Below, piece after piece: positions 36,801 through 49,208 of a DNA stretch of 64,000 nt (position 1 is the stretch's first letter; every line of letters starts with the position of its first letter). This DNA is from Clostridia bacterium. Lineage in GTDB: Bacteria > Bacillota > Clostridia > Christensenellales > JBMNLC01. Location of the stretch: the NCBI GenBank assembly GCA_050952525.1, contig JBMNLC010000005.1:256959-320958 (forward strand), in the 5' to 3' direction. The position numbers and the translations under genes were made by a program. The notes beneath the pieces are model-generated. The model was not told where the DNA came from. It was given only the letters and a program-made list of their open reading frames with translations, and searched no databases.

Positions 36801-37229
36801 ATGAAAACATACATGGCCAATGCCCAGAACGTGCAAAGAAAATGGTATGTTGTGGATGCGGATGGCAAGACATTGGGCCGTTTGGCCAGTCAAGTTGCCA
36901 CCATCCTTCGTGGAAAACATAAACCTACCTATACACCCCATGTTGATACAGGGGATCACGTAATTGTATTGAATGCGGAGAAGGTTGTGCTGACGGGTAA
37001 AAAGCTGGATCAGAAGCTTTACCGTCGTCATTCCCAGTACCCAGGAGGTTTAAAGGAAATACCTTATCGTCGACTGATCGCTACAAGGCCCGAGTTTGTC
37101 GTGTATGAAGCTGTCCGAGGGATGCTGCCCCATAATAGCTTGGGGAGAGCCATGCTCAAGAAGCTTCGCATATACAGAGGTTCAGAGCACAAACACCAGG
37201 CTCAAAAGCCTGAAGTCTTGGATTTTTAG
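36801..37229 (+). CDS. rplM: 50S ribosomal protein L13
   Basis: [26 protein letters not shown]. Confidence 0.99.
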   Translation: MKTYMANAQNVQRKWYVVDADGKTLGRLASQVATILRGKHKPTYTPHVDTGDHVIVLNAEKVVLTGKKLDQKLYRRHSQYPGGLKEIPYRRLIATRPEFVVYEAVRGMLPHNSLGRAMLKKLRIYRGSEHKHQAQKPEVLDF

Positions 37230-37253
37230 TCTGGGAAGGAGGGGAAGACATAC

Positions 37254-37646
37254 ATGGCTAAAATTCAATATCTAGGAACCGGAAGACGTAAGAAAGCCGT
37301 TGCACAGGTACGCCTGGTACCTGGTGATGGAAAGATCATTATAAATAATAGAGACATTGATGATTACTTCGGATTGGAAACCTTGAAGCTGATCGTTCGG
37401 CAGCCCTTAAACCTCACAGACACCTTATCAAAATTCGATGTTCTGGCGAATGTGCGTGGGGGTGGTTTCACCGGACAGGCAGGAGCCATTCGTCATGGCA
37501 TTGCACGGGCTCTTGTAAAAGCTGACGATGATCTGAAGCCCGCACTGAAAAAGGCAGGCTTCCTGACAAGGGACCCCAGAATGAAGGAAAGAAAGAAGTA
37601 CGGTCTGAAGGCAGCCCGAAGGGCTCCCCAGTTCTCCAAGAGATAA
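37254..37646 (+). CDS. rpsI: 30S ribosomal protein S9
   Basis: [24 protein letters not shown]. Confidence 0.99.
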   Translation: MAKIQYLGTGRRKKAVAQVRLVPGDGKIIINNRDIDDYFGLETLKLIVRQPLNLTDTLSKFDVLANVRGGGFTGQAGAIRHGIARALVKADDDLKPALKKAGFLTRDPRMKERKKYGLKAARRAPQFSKR

Positions 37647-37689
37647 TTACTTGTCCATTTGCTTTCAAGTTTGCTTATTGCAAGCGCAC

Positions 37690-37726
37690 AACCGTCATAG
37701 GTTCAGATACCTTTGGCGGTTTTTTT
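37690..37726 (+). terminator. Intrinsic terminator after rpsI
   Basis: AACCGTCA.AGG/CCT.TGGCGGTT stem followed by a T-run. Confidence 0.7.
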
Positions 37727-38037
37727 ATCTGAAAAATCCTTATAAGATTGCAGATAGATGAGGTATTATACCGCATATAGTCTATTTTAGAATACCCATT
37801 TTGCCTACAGCTGCTTAATGGGTATTTTTTGTCCCAAATTTCTGATATATCTTTGATATTAATAGAAGATTTATCTTGCATAAAACACACTTAATGAAAA
37901 TTAGATTTGATGTGAAAAAGACAGAAATAAACGGAAAAAACAAGGGAAACCCATTAGTCTGTAATCCTATTGGATAGATTGACTAAGACGGATAAGTTTA
38001 TTTGTAGAAATGCTTCGCATTTGAATTTTGCTTTTTC

Positions 38038-38066
38038 CTGCATTTGGATATAAATAATGGTATAAT
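38038..38066 (+). promoter_or_regulatory. Probable BREX operon promoter
   Basis: CTGCAT-17 bp-TATAAT with extended -10 TG, ~45 bp before brxA. Confidence 0.55.
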
Positions 38067-38111
38067 GATGCATATAGAAGTGGCCACGAAGAAGAGGTGA
38101 CATGGAAAAAC

Positions 38112-38707
38112 ATGACAGAATATAGATCAACACTTAAGACAAGATCTTATCTTTATTTAGAACTAAAAAAGGCCGCAAGCCTTTATTTACAAGGCTTTTC
38201 AACAGATGATATAAAACAAAAGGCATTGGATGAAAACATATTTTCATTAAATTCAGAGAACAGAATTAATGAAATTGCTTCAACCGTTTCGGAAAGACTA
38301 GAAGCCTTGGATGAAATGTTACTTGATAAATTAGTAAATGGAAACCTTGAAACAAGCAAACAGGTAGCCCTATATGCTATTTTGAAAACAGACAGGCTTT
38401 TTTTGAGTTCATGCAGGAGGTATATAGAGAGAAATACCTGATTAGAGATTATTTAATTACAGATAAGGATTTTGCTATCTTTTTTCAAAGAAAAGCAGAA
38501 CAAAGTCAAAAAGTGGCAGAGTGGAAAGATTATACCTTTTATAAATTAAAGCAGGTTTACAAAAGAATCTTAACTGAAGCCGGATTTGTAAAGAAGAATA
38601 AAAAAGATGTTGAAATAACCAGACCCTTAATGGAGCAAGAATTAATAGATCATTTAAATGAAAAAGGTGATGGCATATACCTGCAGGCTATGTTAGGAGG
38701 GATATAA
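38112..38707 (+). CDS. brxA: BREX protein BrxA (DUF1819); -1 frameshift in T-run near 38400
   Basis: ~200-aa joined product with YAILKTDRLF(F)EFMQEV and KLKQVYKRILTEAG; first gene of the locus. Confidence 0.8.
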
Positions 38708-39289
38708 ATGAAGACCATTTATGAAAGGCTTGATGAGATTCTACCTATTATTACAGATAAAAGATTTAGGGAGAACAAAGGATTAGGCAATGAAATAGGC
38801 TACTACATTTTTGATTATGATCCTGAGGATGAAATCATTGTTAGAGAACATATAAAGTTCTTAAAACAGAAAATAAATAATGATGGAATGGATTTTTCTA
38901 TTAGAGAAATTGACCTTTATGAAATAATGATTGAAATATTAGCGGAAAAGGGATATTTGAAGAAAGTCTTTGAAATGGAGAAGAAAAAAGGTACAGATGC
39001 AATCCTTAAACCCATAAAGAATACTTTAAGGCTCACCCAGAAAAATGATTTAGTTGTAGAGTATATCAGAGAAAGAGTACAGGAAAATGATATTGTTTTC
39101 TTAACAGGTGTGGGGAAAATATGGCCTATTATCCGATCTCACACTATTTTAAATGTACTACATTCTGTAATAGATCATGTGCCTTTAATCATGTTTTATC
39201 CTGGGACGTATTCAGATCAAGACTTAAATCTTTTTGATGAAATTTCTGACCAAAACTATTATAGGGCTTTTAAACTGGTAGAAAGATAG
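38708..39289 (+). CDS. brxB: BREX protein BrxB (DUF1788)
   Basis: LGNEIGYYIFDYDP, LTGVGKIWP.IRSH, MFYPG.Y, YYRAF. Confidence 0.92.
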   Translation: MKTIYERLDEILPIITDKRFRENKGLGNEIGYYIFDYDPEDEIIVREHIKFLKQKINNDGMDFSIREIDLYEIMIEILAEKGYLKKVFEMEKKKGTDAILKPIKNTLRLTQKNDLVVEYIRERVQENDIVFLTGVGKIWPIIRSHTILNVLHSVIDHVPLIMFYPGTYSDQDLNLFDEISDQNYYRAFKLVER

Positions 39290-39305
39290 GGGAGGGAATT
39301 GGACT

Positions 39306-42300
39306 ATGAAATTAAAGAAAATGTTTCATAAGGAAATTGATAGGGATATTAAGGCGTTATTAAGATTGGACAAGATGATGATGCCAATGTTCACCAAGAG
39401 TTGGAGGAATATGTAGTTACTAGAGAATTAGGCTAGACATTTTAGCACTTTTTTTGAGGCCTACAGAGAAGCGATTAATAATTATACTGACAAAATGGGA
39501 GTTTGGATATCAGGATTCTTTGGTTCCGGTAAATCCCATTTCTTAAAGATTTTATCTTATCTTCTTGAGAATAAAGAGGTAAAGGGTAAACGTGCTATAT
39601 CCTATTTTGACGATAAAATAGAGGATGCTTCCGTTTTAGCAGATATCAAAGCCTCAGGGGATGTAAGTGCCGATGTTATTTTATTTAACATAGATTCAAA
39701 AGCCGATTCAGATTCTAGAACTAATAAGGAATCAATAGTAAATGTATTCAATAAAGTGTTCAATGAAATGCAAGGTTTCTGCGGATCTTTGCCATGGCTT
39801 GCAGATCTTGAAGCACAAATGGTTAAAGAAGGTTCTTATGAAGCCTTTAAGTCAAGATTTGAGGAATTATCAGGGGAATCATGGATTGAAGCAAGAGAAG
39901 ATTTTTATTTTGAAGAAGATAATATAGTTCAGGCACTGGCAGATACAACTAAAATGAGTATAGAAGCAGCCCGAAATTGGTACAACAAGGCTGAAGATAA
40001 CTACTCTTTAAGTGTTGAAAAGTTCGCTAATAAAGTAAAAGAATATATTGAGTCCAAGGACAGAGAGCACCATGTCATCTTTTTGGTGGATGAGATGGGT
40101 CAATACATAGGGGATGATGTAGGCTTAATGCTTAACCTGCAGACAGTTGTTGAAGATTTAGGAACTTATTGTGGGGGTAAAGCGTGGGTTATTGTAACCT
40201 CACAGCAAGATATAGATACTGTTACGAAGGTAAGGGGTAATGACTTTTCTAAAATCCAAGGCAGATTTAATACAAGACTTAGTTTATCCAGTGCCAACGT
40301 GGATGAAGTAATTAAAAGAAGAATCCTTTATAAAAACGAAACCGCTAAAGAGACCTTAAAACTTTACTATGCAGACAAGGAAACAATTATAAAAAACCTT
40401 ATTACCTTTTCCGCTGATACACCGGAAATGAAAATTTTTAAAACAGCAGAAGACTTTACAGATGTGTATCCCTTTATACCTTATCAATTTAGATTACTGC
40501 AATCAGTTTTCACAGCAATAAGGCAGCACGGAGCCAGTGGGAAGCATCTTTCAGAGGGAGAGAGATCTCTTTTATCCGCATTCCAAGAGGCTGCTATCAA
40601 ATATATGGATAAAGAAGTAGGAGCATTAGTGCCTTTTTCTGCATTCTACGAAACTATAGAAACTTTCCTGGACCATAATATTAGGACTGTTTTTATTCAT
40701 GCAGAAGATAACGATAGGCTCAGTAGTATGGATGTAGAAGTACTGAAGGTCCTATTTTTAATAAAATGGGTAAAAGAAATGCCAAAGAACTTGGAAAACA
40801 TTGCAACATTAATGGTTTCACATATTGACGAAGACAAAATTGAATTAAAGAAAAAAATAGAAGGCTCTTTGGACAGGCTTGTAAAAGAGACACTGGTTCA
40901 GAAAAATGGAAATGAGTATATCTTCTTAACTCATGAAGAACAGGATGTAAATAAAGAAATACAAAATATTTCAATTGATATCAGTGGAATAATATTGAAG
41001 ATTGGTGAGGAAATATACACAGGAATTTACAGTGAAAAGAAGTTTCGCTATAACGTTAGATACCATTTTGATTTTAACAAAATCATAGACGATAGGTATA
41101 TGTCCTCCCAAAAACACGATATAGGAGTAAAAATAATTACCCCTTATTATGATACCGGTGTTGAACTTACTGACCATGAATTAAGAATGATGTCAGCCAG
41201 AGAAAATAATCTAATAATTAAATTACCTCAAGATTCGAGTTTCCTTGAAGAAATGGAGAATATATTAAAGATACAGACCTACCTTACAAGGAAAGCAGGG
41301 ACCATACAAACGGAAGAAATTGAAGAAATAAAGATAAGAAAATCAAGAGAAGTTGCTGAGAGAAAGGACAGAGTTGTATCCTTACTTAAGGAAGCATTGC
41401 AAGAAGCAGACTTCTACGTAAATATGCAAAAAATTGATATAAAATCAAAAAATCCTGTTGAAAGAATAAACAGTGGGTTGAAAGTACTTATTGAAAATAT
41501 CTATGACAAGTTAAACTATATTACTGATTTTATTGAAAGCACCAAAGAACTTCATGACCTGCTGTTTGATGAAAATACTCAGATAAATACATTTGGGGAA
41601 GAAGAAATCTCAAACAAACTAGCCATAGATGAAATGCTCCACTATATCGAAAGAAATACCCAACGGCATATTCCTGTAACTATGAAAACTCTCCTGGAAC
41701 TATATGATAAACCTCCTTATGGCTGGCTGCCAGATGATATCAGGGGGCTAGTGATTAGATTATTTAGAGCACAGGAAATTAAGATACAATTAGGTAGCGA
41801 ATATATTAATACTTCGGATAAAAACCTAATCCAATATATGACGAAAAAAGATTATATAGATAGATTGCTAATAAAGAAAAGAACTAAAACCCCTGAAAAG
41901 TATTTGAATAATGCCAGGATGTTGATTAGAGAAGTTTTCAACTACGCATCAGTGCCAGGGGATGAAGATGGATTAATGAGTCGTTTCAAGGAGTTATCAA
42001 ACTATGAACTGTCAAAAATCAGGGAACTATTAGTTCGTTATGAAGACAGAAACTATCCGGGTAAAGATGTGCTGGAAAGAGGCAAGAAACTTTTCAAGGA
42101 GATTTTGCAGATTAATGATGCTACAGCCTTCTTTGAAAAACTATATGAAGTAAAAGACGAATTATTAGACTATGAGGAAGAAGTTTTTGATGTTAAAAAA
42201 TTCTTTAAAAACCAAAGAGAGCAGTTTGATAAAGCCCTTAAACAACTTGATATATATGAAAAGAATAAAACCTATGTTTTAGATCCGGAGACTATAAATA

Positions 42301-42859
42301 TCGTTAAGGAAATAGAAACAATAGTTAAATCACCAAAACCATATAATCAGATTTCAAGACTGCCTAACCTAATAAATGAGTTTGTTAGCAGATTTACTAT
42401 CTTGTTAGAAGAAGAGTGTAAACCTGTAAGGGCTGTAATAGAAAGTGATTGGAACAAGGTGAAGGATGAACTGGAATTGTATGATTTTAAGGATGAATTG
42501 TCAGGTGCGTTTAACAATAAGTTTAGGGAACTTTTGGACAGATTAGATTCATCCCACAATTTCTATGAAGCCATTGCTATGAAAGAAGAGTCAGACAGAC
42601 TGAAAATGAGATGCTTTGAGGAAATTAAAAAAACTGCCTTGGAAAAGAGCAAAGAAAGGGACAGTGAAAAACAACCAGATACCACTGGAGAAGGAAATGA
42701 GTTTATATTACTAAAAAAACTGTCAATATAAGTATAGCCAATATATTCCATGGAGCAAAAACCATTGAAAGCGAAGAAGATATAGAAGAACTTCTTGATT
42801 ATTTAAGAAAGCAATTAAAAACGGAACTAAAGGAAAATACCATATTGAAATTAATTTAA
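39306..42859 (+). CDS. brxC: BREX P-loop ATPase BrxC; indels near 39354, 39430, 42715
   Basis: QELEEYVVT (upstream frame), GVWISGFFGSGKSH Walker A, FLVDEMGQY Walker B, TSQQ, KIQGRF; C-terminus continues in another frame to TAA 42857-59. Confidence 0.92.
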
Positions 42860-42877
42860 GTCTGGGGAGGGGATAGA

Positions 42878-45800
42878 GTGGATAAAACAGCCATTAGAAA
42901 CTTTGCGGTAAAAGCAAGGCGTAAACTAATAGAAGATATAACCCATAAGGCCTATGAGATAGGGATAACAAAAGATAAAATCTTAGATATTGAAACCTTT
43001 GAGGGTGGTTTTAGAGTAAAGGGTAGAGAAAACGGCAAAACCTTTAAGAAATATGAATTAAAGCAGCGTGATAAGTTGATTCAAAATATTAAACATAAGG
43101 GCTTTGACCAAGTTATAGAAGAGGTTGCCTATACATGGTTTAACCGTTTTATTGCTCTGCGTTTCATGGAAGTTAACAACTATCTTCCTACTGGAGTAAG
43201 AGTATTATCCTCAATAGAAGAAGGAAAGACTGAGCCTGATATTATCCAAGAGGCTCTAAACATAGATTTAGATCTTGATCCTGAAATAGTGTATAGACTT
43301 CAAGACAGTAATGATACAGAGGATTTATATAGATATTTGTTAGTTAAGCAATGCAATCAATTAGGCCAAATTATGCCTAATGTATTTGAGGAAATCGCTG
43401 ATTATACGGAATTACTCCTTCCTGACAAACTTCTTGCTGAAGGTTCTGTAATTAGAGATTTAGTAGAAGAAATAGAGGAATATGATTGGAAAATAGAACT
43501 GAATGAGGAAGAACAGAAGCAGGAAGCAGAAAAGGGAGAACACGGTATAGAAATTATTGGCTGGCTATATCAGTATTATATTTCTGAAAAGAAAGATGAA
43601 GTTTTTGCAGGCCTAAAGAACAATAAAAAGATTACAAAGGAAAACATCCCTGCTGCTACCCAACTCTTTACACCTAAATGGATAGTAAAGTATATGGTAG
43701 AGAATTCATTAGGTAGGCTATGGCTGGAATCCCATCCAAATGAAGAATTAAAGGCTCAGTGGAAATATTATTTGGAAGAAGCCGAACAAGACCCCGAAGT
43801 TCAAAAACAATTAGATGAACTCAAAGACCCCAACTTAAATCCAGAAGATATTAAGGTATTGGATCCTGCCATGGGCAGTGGCCATATTTTAGTTTACGCT
43901 TTTGATGTTCTATATGAAATATACCTATCTGCAGGTTATTCAGAAAGAGAAATACCTACTCTTATATTAGAAAAGAACCTTTATGGTCTTGATATAGACG
44001 ATCGTGCAGGCCAATTAGCCACTTTTGCCCTTTTAATGAAGGCAAGAAGTAAAAATAGGAGGATTTTTAGGCACAAACCAAAGATGAACTTGTGCTCTAT
44101 TCAGGAAAGTAACGATATTCCTAAAGAGGCTATCGAATATTTGGTTAGTCCAAGAGAGACTGAACTAGAAAAGCATTTTCACAGGGAGGACGTTGAATAC
44201 CTAATCGAAGTCTTCCATGACGCAAAAGAATATGGCTCAATTTTAGAAGTGAAAGAAATAGATTTTGATGCTTTAGAAAAAAGGATTGAAGAGATAAGAA
44301 ATGGCATGCTCCAGAAGATATATTTGAACTGCAATATAGAGAGGAAATATTGGAAAAGATTCCACCATTGATTCAACAGGCAAAGATAATGAGTCAAAAA
44401 TATGATGTGGTGTGTACTAATCCGCCGTATATGGGTAGGGGAGGAATGAACTCAAAATTAGTAAAGTATTTAGATGAAAAATACAAGAGTTCAAAAAATG
44501 ATTTATTCGCAGTTTTTATAAAAAATAATTTTAAATTTGCCAAAGAAAATTCTTTTATTTCGATGATTACAATGGAAAGTTGGATGTTCTTGTCCGGTTT
44601 TGAAGAATTGAGAACTGAAATTGTAAAAGAAAAGAATATTTTTAGTTTAGTTCATATGCCATATGAAGGTAGAGGAAGGACTAGTTTAGGAATTAATTTT
44701 GGAACCAGTGCATTTATAATTAGAAATTGCAGTTTACCAAAATATGCAGGTAACTATAATTACTTAAGGTATTATGAAATTGATGAAGAAGGTATACCAT
44801 TTGAATTCCCTGTGGCTAACGATAGACAAAGTATTTCAAGGACAATAGATTTTACAAAAATCCCGGGATTTCCAGTTGCATATTGGATAAATAAAAGTCT
44901 AATAGAAACTTTTAGAAGAAATAAGTTCTTGGAAAGTAAAATAGAAGCAGTTAAAGGTTTAGATACTTGCGACAATAATACTTTTGTTAGGTTGTGGTAT
45001 GAAGTAATATTTAAAAAAATCGGCATGAATATAAAAAACTGCTCAGAAACGTATAAACATAAATGGTACCCATATTGCAAGGGCGGTAATCAAAGAAAAT
45101 GGTACGGTAATTATGAGAATGTGGTGCTTTGGGAAAACGATGGTGACGTATTGAGGAATTTAAGAGATTCCAAAGGAAGAATTAAATCACGTCCCCAGAA
45201 TACTAAATATTACTTTCAACGGGGAATGACTTGGTCTGCTATATCTAGTACTGGGAAAATATCGATGAGAGAAATGGATAATGCTATTTTTGGAGGAGGT
45301 GGCTCTGGTTTATTTACTCATAAAGAGATATATAAAATAATTTTTGCTTTATTGAACTCTAAAGTTACATTAGAAATTTTAAAAATTCTAAACCCAACTT
45401 TAAACTTTTTAGTTGGAGATCTTAAAAAAATACCGTTAATGCCTGTTTCTAATAGTCATAAAGCAGAAATAGACAATATGGTTGATATAAATATTAAAAT
45501 TTCTAAAACTGATTGGGACTCCTTTGAAACCTCCTGGGATTTCAAAAAACATCCTTTATTAACTCATAAGAAAGAAGCGAATACAATAGAAGGAGCCTTT
45601 AACAACTGGTCTATTTTTGCTGAGAACCAATTTATTCAACTTAAGGCCAACGAAGAAGAACTAAACCGTATTTTCATAGATATCTACGGACTCCAAGATG
45701 AACTTACTCCTGATGTAGACGGCAAAGACGTAACTATTACAAGAATATATGATTCTAAAGAAGAGATCCCAGAGAGTATGAAAGGGAATAATTATGTCCT

Positions 45801-46614
45801 TACAAAAGAAGATGTAATTAAATCCTTTATTTCTTATGCCATAGGCTGCATGTTTGGACGTTACTCTTTAGACGAAGAAGGTCTCATCTATGCCGGTGGA
45901 GATTTTGATGATAAGTTTAGGATACGTGATGGACAATGGGAGATTAAAACTAAAGAAGGTTGGAAAAAGTCGAGAGTAAACATAGTAGAACATAATGTTA
46001 TTCCTATTGCTGATGGAGATTATTTTGAAGATGGTATTCTGGAGCGTTTTGTAGAGTTTGTAAAGGTATCTTTTGGTGAAGAAACATTGGAGGAGAATCT
46101 AGATTATATTGCTGAAACTTTAGGTAAGAAGGCCAATGAAACTTCAAGACAGGCTATCAGAAGATACTTTCTAAAGGACTTCTATAAAGACCATGTAAGA
46201 ACGTATAAAAAGCGACCTATTTATTGGCTCTTTGATAGTGGAAGGCAAGATGGGTTTAAAGCCCTTATTTACATGCACCGCTACGATCCTTCTACTGTTG
46301 CAAGAGTAAGGACTGATTATTTGCATAGTTTACAGAAAAAGTATGAAGCAGAAATAAATCATCTTGATATTTTAATAGATTCGGATATCTCTCAAAGGGA
46401 AAAGGCTGCTGCAAGGAAAAAGAAAGAGACAATTTTAAAGCAGATTGAGGAATGTAGGTTATATGATGAGGCCATCGCCCACATGGCCAATCAAAGGATT
46501 GAGATTGATTTAGATGATGGCGTTAAAGTTAATTATGCTAAATTCCAAGGGGTAGAGATACCTCAAGGAAAAGGCAGAAAGCCGCTGAAAGCAGATTTAT
46601 TAGCGAAGATATAA
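42878..46614 (+). CDS. pglX: BREX N6-adenine DNA methyltransferase PglX; frameshift near 44305
   Basis: [65 protein letters not shown]. Confidence 0.95.
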
Positions 46615-46627
46615 AGTAGGTGACTAT

Positions 46628-49183
46628 ATGAATTTATTGGAAGTGAAAAAAATATTAGAAAAAATATTCAATAAAGAACCAGTGGAAGGGAAAAAGAGAA
46701 ATATTGTTTTTTGGTATGACGATGAGGGTGAATTTGCTCAAGATATTGACGAACTTAAATTAGATAATGCGAAGATCCTTAAACTTACCGATAATAATTC
46801 TTTCTATATAAAATGCCTGCTTGAAAAAGAGGACACTGAATCTAATTATCTCTTATATTCCCCTATATCTAAACCAATGCCTCGGGATAATTGGTTACTG
46901 GATATTCTGAAATATAGTGAGGAATTTTCTACCGATAAGGCCATTTTAATTATGAGGGATTTTGAGGTAGAGGATTCCTCATTAAGAAAAGTGTTTAAGG
47001 GCTATTTAAAATTCTTTGGAAATAAAGAAAGATATAAAAAATTTGCCTCCTTTCATATAGATAAATTTACTAAAGAAAAGGTGGATATAGCAGTTCTATC
47101 TGCTCTATGTAGATTACCTGTAGCAGATTTTGAACAAGTTGTAAAAAAGGTTTTGATTGAGGAATTAGAAGGAGAGAATAAATATCTAGAGGCTATTGAG
47201 AACTTTGGTAATATAGATGCCTTTTGGGATTTAGTTGAGAAAAGGTATGGATATAACTATGAGGAAAGAGCATTAGAAAAACTAATTATAATGCTTCTTA
47301 TTACTCACTTATCCTATACTCTCGAAGAGGGTATGCCGACTACATGGGAAGAGTATGTATCTCCTAAAAGGTCAGATGCCATAGTATTTATAAGCAATTT
47401 CATGAGTCATTCCACCGATGGTAAATACTATGATTTGCTGGCAGACAGAGCCCAGGAAACATTAAATGTAAAAGGTTATTTAGATAAATGGGATATAGAT
47501 AAATATATTGAATGTGATACCTTTAGAGCCTTTGATGAAGCAATAATGGATAGGATAATTGGGAACTTAGTAGAAGGTATCGGAGAATTTGATAGATACC
47601 GTAAATTAATCAATAAAAGAAGGATAAGTCATTGGTTTGGAACCTATAGTAATGAATATGAAGCCTTATATTTTGCTAATGAACTCCTTGAAATGGAGAA
47701 GAGAATGGATGGGGTTATAAAGGCTGAATCTGCTCATGATTTGATTGATGCCTATACCAAAGAATATTATTTAATGGACTATTTCTATAGAAAGTTTTAT
47801 TTTCATTACGATAGAATTGCTGACAGAGGTCTATTTGAAAAACTAGGAGAGAGAGTTGAAAATACCTATACCCATTGGTATCTAAATGAACTTTCAATAA
47901 AATGGTCAGCGGCAGTTCAGAAGGAAATGTTTGAGGACTACTCTTTGGCAGGTATTAGACAGCAAAAGGATTTTTACCAGGACTTTGTTTCACCATTTAT
48001 CAGGAATAATGAAAGAGTGTTTGTAATTATTTCTGATGCTTTAAGATATGAAGCAGGAAAGGAACTTCTTAATCTAATTAATAAAGAGGCAAGGGGTATG
48101 GCAGAGATTGAAGTTATGCAAGGAGTTATCCCTTCAACTACTAAATTCGGTATGGCAAGTTTGTTACCCGGAAAGAATTTTGTGGTTGATGAAAAAGGTG
48201 AAATTACAGTTGATGATCTGAACATCCAGGGGACAGAAAATAGGGGTAAGATTCTCGCTAATTACAGTAAAGATGCACTGGCAATCGGCTATTATGACAT
48301 GGTGGATATGAAAAGGCAGGATTACAAAGCGGCCTTTGAGGGTAGAAAACTGATCTATATCTATCACAATGTAATTGATGCTGTAGGGGATAAGCCTTTG
48401 ACGGAAAGAAATGTCTTTGGAGCTGTGGAAAAGGCTTTTAAGGATTTAGCCCTATTGGTAAAAAACCTTGTTAACCATGTAAGTGCAACAAATATTTTTA
48501 TTACAGCTGACCACGGTTTTTTATACAGGCGATCACCACTGACAGAAGTAGAGAAAATTGGCAAGCATAATATAGAGTCCATAGGTGCGGGAAGAAGGCA
48601 TATGCTCGCTGAAACTGACACAGAGTTGGATGATGCCTTGTCTATTTCCATGAAGTATCTGTTGGGTAAGGAAACAAGTCTGAAGGCCCTTGTCCCGAAA
48701 GGTGTTATCAGATACAGAGTCCAAGGGGGGGGAGCCAATTATGTTCATGGTGGGGTGTCCTTGCAGGAGATAACTGTACCTGTCATTAAGTTTAAGAATA
48801 TACGTAAAGACAAATATAAGGCAACCAAAGTCCAGGTAAAATTAACCAACATCTCAAGGAAGATTACCAACAGAATTACCTATTTGGAGTTTTTTCAAAC
48901 AGAATTGGTAGATGAAAAGAAAATCCCCTTAAAACTCAAACTGTATTTCGTGGATGAAGAAGGCAACCGTATCTCTAATGAAAACATTATAATTGCTGAT
49001 AGTAGGTCGAAAAACCCTGAAAACCGCACTTATAGGGAGAAGTTTACATTAAGGGATATGGCTTATGACAAGAACAAGGAATATTATTTAATTTTAGAAG
49101 ATGAAGATGAAGCAGTAGAAAAAATATATGAGCGAATACCTTTTACGATAGATTTACTGTTTAGCGATGACTTTGGTTTATAA
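46628..49183 (+). CDS. pglZ: BREX alkaline-phosphatase-fold protein PglZ
   Basis: IVFWYD, VIISDALRYE, PSTTKFGMASLLP, TADHGF, YVHGG.SLQE. Confidence 0.95.
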   Translation: MNLLEVKKILEKIFNKEPVEGKKRNIVFWYDDEGEFAQDIDELKLDNAKILKLTDNNSFYIKCLLEKEDTESNYLLYSPISKPMPRDNWLLDILKYSEEFSTDKAILIMRDFEVEDSSLRKVFKGYLKFFGNKERYKKFASFHIDKFTKEKVDIAVLSALCRLPVADFEQVVKKVLIEELEGENKYLEAIENFGNIDAFWDLVEKRYGYNYEERALEKLIIMLLITHLSYTLEEGMPTTWEEYVSPKRSDAIVFISNFMSHSTDGKYYDLLADRAQETLNVKGYLDKWDIDKYIECDTFRAFDEAIMDRIIGNLVEGIGEFDRYRKLINKRRISHWFGTYSNEYEALYFANELLEMEKRMDGVIKAESAHDLIDAYTKEYYLMDYFYRKFYFHYDRIADRGLFEKLGERVENTYTHWYLNELSIKWSAAVQKEMFEDYSLAGIRQQKDFYQDFVSPFIRNNERVFVIISDALRYEAGKELLNLINKEARGMAEIEVMQGVIPSTTKFGMASLLPGKNFVVDEKGEITVDDLNIQGTENRGKILANYSKDALAIGYYDMVDMKRQDYKAAFEGRKLIYIYHNVIDAVGDKPLTERNVFGAVEKAFKDLALLVKNLVNHVSATNIFITADHGFLYRRSPLTEVEKIGKHNIESIGAGRRHMLAETDTELDDALSISMKYLLGKETSLKALVPKGVIRYRVQGGGANYVHGGVSLQEITVPVIKFKNIRKDKYKATKVQVKLTNISRKITNRITYLEFFQTELVDEKKIPLKLKLYFVDEEGNRISNENIIIADSRSKNPENRTYREKFTLRDMAYDKNKEYYLILEDEDEAVEKIYERIPFTIDLLFSDDFGL

Positions 49184-49208
49184 AGTAGCAAAGGCAGGTG
49201 AAAAGTCT

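Noticed and set aside
38395-38406. Phase variation of brxA via a poly-T tract
   Set aside because: Tract is only 7-8 nt and the same region has other non-homopolymer indels; cannot be distinguished from assembly error
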